From Gemmatimonadota bacterium (GTDB lineage: Bacteria > Gemmatimonadota > Gemmatimonadetes > Gemmatimonadales > GWC2-71-9): a stretch of 64,000 bases of DNA. The stretch spans positions 32,001-96,000 of the forward strand of contig JAZDCY010000015.1 of assembly GCA_036679645.1 (NCBI GenBank), read 5' to 3'. The translations under genes and the position numbers were made by a program. Positions 58,459 to 64,000 of this stretch are shown piece by piece. Within the stretch, counting starts at the first letter, position 1. Every line of letters starts with the position of its first letter. The notes beneath the pieces were generated by a model. It saw nothing but the letters and a program-made list of their open reading frames with translations, searched no databases and was not told the origin of the DNA.

Positions 58459-59229
58459 ATGGTGTACGCGGGCTCAAGTGCGTTTAGCACGGCGAGTGGA
58501 GGAGCGCCCCCTTGGCGACGAGAGCGTCTCCTGACGCCACCATACGGGGAGTTCATACCCGTTCGGGATCAAGCTCCGCCGCTCGGCACGATCATTTGTG
58601 CGGATGCAACGCAGGACAAAGGCACCGAACTCGCCTCAATCTGTAGTCTAATCAGGGCGCGTCTGCTGTGGCCTTGGTGCGTCCCGTGTCTCCTGGCTAG
58701 AGAGCGATCTGAGCTTGTCGATTTTGTTGTTGACGTCGTGCCCTGCGTGCGAGGATGCGTCGCATTGAGCATTGAACCTCCGTGGCGTCACCCAAGCCGG
58801 GCCCATGTACTTGCCGCAGTGCGTGCTCGGGAGGCCCCATCAGCCGAAACCTTGGCTGGCTACGTGTCACGCCGCGTCCGACGCGACGACCTGCTTGACC
58901 CGTTGTCCAGACAGTTTCGTTGGGCGGTGGACGGGGTGCCCGACACGAGCCGCAGTCTATCTACGTACAGCAGGCTGTTCTCACGGGTTGGGTGTTTCAC
59001 GGCTCGTGACTGGCGCACGCTGGCCCAAATGGCCTTGCTTGCGGGTGGCCGCGCCCACGGCTCCCCTGCTCCAGTCGAACCGAGAACGATCGATGCACGC
59101 GCGCGGCGCTTGCTCCGCCGCTCTTGGAGGAGCGTTTCCGCGTTGGCAGGATGGGAATGGGTTCTTGAACTGGCTCTACGAGTGGGCGGATACGTCTCCG
59201 ATCCCGCCAACTCCATCAGGGGATCATGA
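58459..59229 (+). CDS. Hypothetical protein, possibly a DNA-binding regulator
   Basis: 256-aa ORF; SLSTYSRLF...RDWR and PRTIDARARR...GWEWVLELALR could be HTH-like; no firm family recognised. Confidence 0.4.
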   Translation: MVYAGSSAFSTASGGAPPWRRERLLTPPYGEFIPVRDQAPPLGTIICADATQDKGTELASICSLIRARLLWPWCVPCLLARERSELVDFVVDVVPCVRGCVALSIEPPWRHPSRAHVLAAVRAREAPSAETLAGYVSRRVRRDDLLDPLSRQFRWAVDGVPDTSRSLSTYSRLFSRVGCFTARDWRTLAQMALLAGGRAHGSPAPVEPRTIDARARRLLRRSWRSVSALAGWEWVLELALRVGGYVSDPANSIRGS

Positions 59230-59368
59230 AGATACGGCTCGCTTACGGTCGATATTATCGAGACCAACCGCCTGATGGCCGGCCGACGCACAATCGATGA
59301 TAATCTGCTGGGACAGACGGGGTTGGCCGGAGAGCGCAATCCAACCGACCCCGTCAGCGGAGATCGAA

Positions 59369-59590
59369 CTAGCAGAGGCAGCGTGGGGGGATCGTAGTGG
59401 TGCAGAACGCGGGGCCGCCGCAACAGCTCACACAGTCGAATGTGAACTCACCTGGAGGACTGCAATTCACGCAACTGGCGCTTGCGCTCGAGGAGGTTAC
59501 CGCGGCCTGGCCGGTGCCGAGCCCGAGACTGACGAGCACTCCGATCGCGACCGCTACCCGTAGCGCCCAACCGATCCGATGACGAAGCAT
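59369..59590 (-). CDS. Small secreted Cys-rich (8 Cys) peptide, defensin-like spacing
   Basis: RBS GGAGGT 5 nt before the ATG; signal peptide; mature CVNCSPPGEFTFDCVSCCGGPAFCTTTIPPRCLC. Confidence 0.75.
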   Translation of the reverse strand: MLRHRIGWALRVAVAIGVLVSLGLGTGQAAVTSSSASASCVNCSPPGEFTFDCVSCCGGPAFCTTTIPPRCLC

Positions 59591-59642
59591 GCTTTACCTC
59601 CGAGATAGGGAAAATGGGAACACGAGTACGACTCACACCGTT

Positions 59643-60227
59643 TCAGCCGCCGGCGAGTACTGCCAGAACTGAATCGACAGTGTGTGGCTCGGTAAGTTCA
59701 CCGGCCCTGCCATACAAGACTTCTCCGTCCTGCCCGACGACGATCGTCATCGGGACGCCTATCGCTCTGTAGATCCCTGCTGTCCTTGCGTCTGGGAACT
59801 GCAGCACTGGAACCCCGATCTGGTGAGCGGACACGTAGCGTCGTGTGGCATCGGCAGAATCAAGTGAGATCCCATACACCGAGAGGGATGAATTGGGCTC
59901 TTGTCGGGCACGGTGAACGATTTCCTCCCAGTAGGGAAGGGTCTTGAGACAGTAGGGGCACTCGGTGTTGAAGATTAGGAGTAACTGACGTTCGCCCGGT
60001 GCGACGTCCCCCACAGTCACGGAGTCACCGGCGAGCGTCAGGGATCGGAATGCCGGAACGACATGACCGGCATGTGGAATCCTGTTCTCGATTCGGAGAC
60101 GTCTCACTTCCTGTTGCCATTGCGCGTTCTGCCGGGCGAGCACGACGATCAGGATTGACGCTGCCGCGAGTGCAGCGTAGCCGAGTGCCCCTACCACACG
60201 TTCCCGAACGGGCTTGCGAATATTCAT
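59643..60227 (-). CDS. Membrane-anchored TlpA/peroxiredoxin-like redoxin
   Basis: N-terminal TM; IFNTECPYC, YGISLD, GVPMTIVVGQDG. Confidence 0.85.
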   Translation of the reverse strand: MNIRKPVRERVVGALGYAALAAASILIVVLARQNAQWQQEVRRLRIENRIPHAGHVVPAFRSLTLAGDSVTVGDVAPGERQLLLIFNTECPYCLKTLPYWEEIVHRARQEPNSSLSVYGISLDSADATRRYVSAHQIGVPVLQFPDARTAGIYRAIGVPMTIVVGQDGEVLYGRAGELTEPHTVDSVLAVLAGG

Positions 60228-60525
60228 CGTGTGCAAAAGATGTCACTGCACCCGCTTCCCGTACAACGCCCCACCTTGCAAACGTGCAACATCGAGAACA
60301 TTGCACTTCTGCAAGGTTGTTGCTGACGGTGCGTGTTCGCTCTCGTGTAGCGGCACCCACAGACTACGCACGCTCGGCTCTATGCGCGCTCTTGGGCTGG
60401 TCGGGACGGCGGAATCTGTGTATGTTTTAGGTTGAGGGCATCGTGGAGGTCGGTCCATGTGTCGCGCAGGAAGATTGTCACACGTGATTGATGCAACGTG
60501 CCGCCTGCGTCACAAAGCTTCGGTC

Positions 60526-61833
60526 ATGCTTCTGGTGAGCGCGCTGCTGACCGCCTGCGAGCACGAGATTACCCTCCTCAAACCTCTGCCCACCGCTGCG
60601 AGCCCGGGTGACGGTGACTCGGCAGCGGTTGACTCCACCGCGGGCACTCTACAAAGGGCAACCCTGACGATCCGCACGCACTTGGCGCCGGGAGACGCGG
60701 CGTTGGCCGCGACGTTGGGGTTACCGGACGGGGTACTGCCGGAGGCGGCGGTCACCGTGAGTCGGGTGGGCACAGCAGCGAGCACCGTGCAGGGCACTAC
60801 GGACTCGGCGGGGGCTACGGAGTTCTCGGGATTGCTGGTGGGGCGCTACGACGTATCCGTTCTACGCCTCCTGTCCGCGGCCGAGCGCGCGCTACTGGAT
60901 TCGAGTGACGCGGACGTTACGGGGTTTGCGGGCGGTGGGAGCGGGTCTGTGTCGGCCCCGAGCACCGAGTTCACAATCACGACGTCCGCAGGCCGGCGCG
61001 GGTCGCTCGTGATCAGTGAGTTGTTCCCGGCGATGCCGCGAATAGGGGACCAGGGCTACAACTTCGCGACATACATCGAACTCTATAACAACACGGACAC
61101 GACGATCTACCTGGATGGCAAGCTCATCGGCATGGGCCCGTTCTGGTTTCGTGATTTTGGGCAGACACAGAAGGGGTTCTTTCCCTGTTCCCTCACGGTC
61201 CAGTGGCAGGATGACCCTGACGGTCTGTGGGCGCCCATGCTCATCCGCCTGCCGGGGAACGGGACCAGCTACCCGCTGGGGCCTGGCTTGGCCGCCGTCG
61301 TGGCCAGTGACGCGATTGATCACAGTGTCGTGGATCGCCGGTTGCCGAACCTCACGACTGCAGCGTTCGAGTCGGTGGGGTCGGCTGACGTTGACAATCC
61401 GTCCGTGCCAAATGCGAGGACGATCGTGTTGGAGTTCCAAACCTTGGGGCGTGGCATGATGTTTTTTGGTGTCGGTGGCGGGATTCATTTCGTGGCGGAT
61501 GCGGTGGACCTGAACACCGTTCCGTGGATGCGCCCGGGCAGCTACAACAATCGCATTCCGAGAATCCCACGCGCGAAGATCCTGGACGTGTTCGCGTCCT
61601 CCATGACGCCCGCTCTCGAGGCTACCGAGGGAATGCAGACGCCGTTGTGCGATCGGTTCATCAACGAGGTGTTCGACCGCCAGCGCGCTGTGCTTTTCGA
61701 TCCCGGGGAGATCGCGAGTATTCAGCGCAGGACAATCGGCCTGTTCGACGGGCGAGTCTTGCTCCAGCGAACGAAATCCAGCGCCGCCGACTTTATCTCG
61801 TCGCGATTGATCTCACCCGGTGTCGTTCGGTAG
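60526..61833 (+). CDS. DUF4876/lamin-tail-like lipoprotein (start 60457 or 60526)
   Basis: Lipobox LTAC; LVISELF, YIELYNNTDTTIYLDG, DAIDH, DVDNPSVPN, LQRTKSSAADF. Confidence 0.75.
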   Translation: MLLVSALLTACEHEITLLKPLPTAASPGDGDSAAVDSTAGTLQRATLTIRTHLAPGDAALAATLGLPDGVLPEAAVTVSRVGTAASTVQGTTDSAGATEFSGLLVGRYDVSVLRLLSAAERALLDSSDADVTGFAGGGSGSVSAPSTEFTITTSAGRRGSLVISELFPAMPRIGDQGYNFATYIELYNNTDTTIYLDGKLIGMGPFWFRDFGQTQKGFFPCSLTVQWQDDPDGLWAPMLIRLPGNGTSYPLGPGLAAVVASDAIDHSVVDRRLPNLTTAAFESVGSADVDNPSVPNARTIVLEFQTLGRGMMFFGVGGGIHFVADAVDLNTVPWMRPGSYNNRIPRIPRAKILDVFASSMTPALEATEGMQTPLCDRFINEVFDRQRAVLFDPGEIASIQRRTIGLFDGRVLLQRTKSSAADFISSRLISPGVVR

Positions 61834-64000
61834 CGTTCCTCAGGTTTTTTCCCGGGGCGGACTGCTTCTCGCCTGCCTAGCCCTGTTCTGGACGACTGCC
61901 AGGGGTCAGGAGCGACCGGAAACGGGTCGCATCGCTGGACGCGTCACGCTCGCCGACGGGATGCCTGTGCCGGGGGCGATTGTCACAGTGGAAGGGACGG
62001 ATCTCCGCGTGACAACCGACACCGCCGGGCGCTTTCACCTCATGCGTGTTCCAGCCGGTCCTCACGTCCTGCTCGTGCGGCGGCTCGGCTACGCACCTGC
62101 GCGCATTGGCGTCACTCTCCCTGCCGGTGGCTTGGTCACGGTAAAGGTGACCCTGGCACGGAACTGGCTTAACATGCCCCAGATCGTCGTCACCGCCGAC
62201 CCGACGGGAAGGGCACGCGGAGAACTCGGCACTGCCACCGTAATTAACCGGGATGCGATCGAGCATCAAACCGCAACGAGCCTTCAGGGCATTCTCGAAC
62301 TTGTGCCCGGGGTCCCGCTTCAACCTCCCGGACTTGCCACCGTTCAGCAGATCCCGCTCCGCAGCGTGCCCACCAGCACGCCCGCTTCGCTCGTGGCCGG
62401 TGGACCATCCGCGGCGGAGCTAGCAGCGTTCGGGACACTAATCGTTCTCGACGGGGTGCCGCTCTCGAACAATGCCAATCTCCAGACTACCGGGCCCCGT
62501 GGCGAGTTAGGGTCGTTTCTCCCAACAGGCGGGACCGGAGGCGTCGATCTACGGCTGATTCCGGCCTCGACCATTGAGCGTGTCGAGGTCATTCGCGGCG
62601 TTCCATCCGCGCGATACGGCGATCTCAGCCAGGGCGTGATCGTCGTCGACACGCGCGCTGCTTCGGTGGAGCCGGCGACGGGCGGGCGAGTCGATCCCAG
62701 GACGATCGAAGGGAACGCGATCTACGGCAGTGCGGTTGGTGTCGCGCAGCGGCTGACGACGAGCCTGGATGTGGCGCGTACCCGGCTCCAGCCCGGTCTC
62801 ACGGCCGACGCCGCGACGCGTGTCGCGGCACGGGTGGCGCACCGCCTGCGCATCGGGCGGTCTGACGGGCCGGTAGAGTCTGCGCCGCTTGCACTCGACA
62901 CGCGCCTCGACTTGGTGAGCTTGGTAGCGGATAATCCGGAACGCCCGGCCGTGTTCCCGGGGCGCGCCTCGTTTGGACGCGACCTCGGGTTACGGCTCTC
63001 CGAGCGGCTCCGGGTCGCCCTACGGGGTGGTAACAGCGCCACCGCGACGCTCTCGGCGAGCTATACACAGCAACGATCGAGGGTTCAGGCGTTGCGACTA
63101 CGTGGCGCGCTGCCGTTCACCGACAGGGTGACTGAAGGGACATCCGTCGGACGGTTCGTCGAGGGGCAGTACCTGTCTCAGTTGCGGATCGAGGGTGATG
63201 CGTGGTTCCTCTACGGCCGATTGGAGGGAGACTTCCACGCGCATGTGCTCGGGGTGGATCACCGTTTCGTGACCGGAGGGGAACTGCGACGGGAGTGGAA
63301 CGCCGGCGCCGGGTTGATGTTCGACATTGAGAGACCGCCGCAGGTGACCTTCAACGGCGTCCAAGGATTTGACCGCCCTCGCCGCTTCGATGTCATCCCA
63401 CCGGTGGCGACGAGCACGCTCTACGCTGATGACCGACTGTTGCTTTCCGTGCTGGGGATGACGCTCGAGACACAGGTGGGGTTGCGTCTGGACCTTCTCC
63501 ATTCCGGTACCCACTGGTTTTCCGACGTTCGGCACGCAGTGCTCCAGCCTCGCGTCAACCTCCAGCTCAGTCCGTGGCCCTGGATTCGGCTTCGTGGCGG
63601 CTTCGGTCGGACGGCCAAAACGCCGGCGGTTGGTAGCCTCTATCCTGCCCGGCAGTACTACGACGTCGTGAACGTGAACTGGTTTGCCAACGATCCCGCC
63701 GAACGTCTCGCCGTCCTGACGACGTTTATCAGGGATCCTACGAACTTCGGACTGGGGTTCGCAGTCGCGCGCAAGCAGGAGGCAGGACTGGAGATGGGCA
63801 CCGGATCCCGTGGCCTGGCTCTCTCCGTCCTGGCGTTCAATGACCGTACGTCTGGCGGGGTGGGCTTCCGGTCGGTTCCTGGTTTCCTCGTTAGAGATCT
63901 GTACGATCTTGCCGATTCAACGTCGGGAACAGGCAAACCACCGTCGCTGATCGAGCCGCTCACTCGAGCGGACACTGTTCCGATTCTCCTCGGCCGGCCG
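61820..64000 (+). CDS. TonB-dependent receptor (3' partial; absent from the ORF track because it has no stop in the window)
   Basis: GTG 61820; signal peptide; carboxypeptidase-regulatory-like domain (GRIAGRV...TDTAGRF...RRLGY); plug IVVTA, ILELVPGV, IVLDGVPLSNNAN, IERVEVIRGVPSARYGD; barrel LQPRVNL. Confidence 0.88.
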   Translation, partial: MSFGSVPQVFSRGGLLLACLALFWTTARGQERPETGRIAGRVTLADGMPVPGAIVTVEGTDLRVTTDTAGRFHLMRVPAGPHVLLVRRLGYAPARIGVTLPAGGLVTVKVTLARNWLNMPQIVVTADPTGRARGELGTATVINRDAIEHQTATSLQGILELVPGVPLQPPGLATVQQIPLRSVPTSTPASLVAGGPSAAELAAFGTLIVLDGVPLSNNANLQTTGPRGELGSFLPTGGTGGVDLRLIPASTIERVEVIRGVPSARYGDLSQGVIVVDTRAASVEPATGGRVDPRTIEGNAIYGSAVGVAQRLTTSLDVARTRLQPGLTADAATRVAARVAHRLRIGRSDGPVESAPLALDTRLDLVSLVADNPERPAVFPGRASFGRDLGLRLSERLRVALRGGNSATATLSASYTQQRSRVQALRLRGALPFTDRVTEGTSVGRFVEGQYLSQLRIEGDAWFLYGRLEGDFHAHVLGVDHRFVTGGELRREWNAGAGLMFDIERPPQVTFNGVQGFDRPRRFDVIPPVATSTLYADDRLLLSVLGMTLETQVGLRLDLLHSGTHWFSDVRHAVLQPRVNLQLSPWPWIRLRGGFGRTAKTPAVGSLYPARQYYDVVNVNWFANDPAERLAVLTTFIRDPTNFGLGFAVARKQEAGLEMGTGSRGLALSVLAFNDRTSGGVGFRSVPGFLVRDLYDLADSTSGTGKPPSLIEPLTRADTVPILLGRP

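Noticed and set aside
61877..63975. Minus-strand ORFs at the window end
   Set aside because: They lie opposite the plus-strand TonB-dependent receptor.
1..64000. tRNA, rRNA, transposase or phage genes
   Set aside because: None recognised; the branched element at 17600/23215 lacks tRNA D- and T-loop consensus.

Overview
GC-rich bacterial DNA; the gene repertoire (very many Ser/Thr kinase-TolB-propeller receptors, PIN toxin-antitoxin pairs, heptamer palindromic repeats) suggests Gemmatimonadota or a similar phylum, which is an inference. 1-14.6 kb is mostly ordinary: secreted FG-GAP/choice-of-anchor-B proteins, YheT-like hydrolase, DUF971, Leu/Phe/Val dehydrogenase, moaA, a Gly-rich lipoprotein, pntAa/pntAb/pntB, a frameshifted PPC-domain protein and a TauE exporter. 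14.9-53.9 kb is the striking part: a co-oriented tandem array of 13 Hanks-type kinase genes. Twelve have a near-constant kinase domain, one TM helix and a highly divergent TolB/PD40 beta-propeller (one of them frameshifted); one has a TPR C-terminus. They are interleaved with four intact VapBC-type modules, one decayed module and four kinase 5' stubs. Three of the stubs break at the same codon (ERELG) and run into the same TGAA-loop hairpin. This looks like an actively rearranging, TA-studded receptor-cassette array; no recombinase is encoded in the window. It is followed by a duplicated TA pair bracketing a cytochrome c-PQQ dehydrogenase and yajQ, a poly-G junction, a secreted 8-Cys defensin-like peptide next to a CxxC redoxin, and a DUF4876 lipoprotein plus TonB-dependent receptor that runs off the end.
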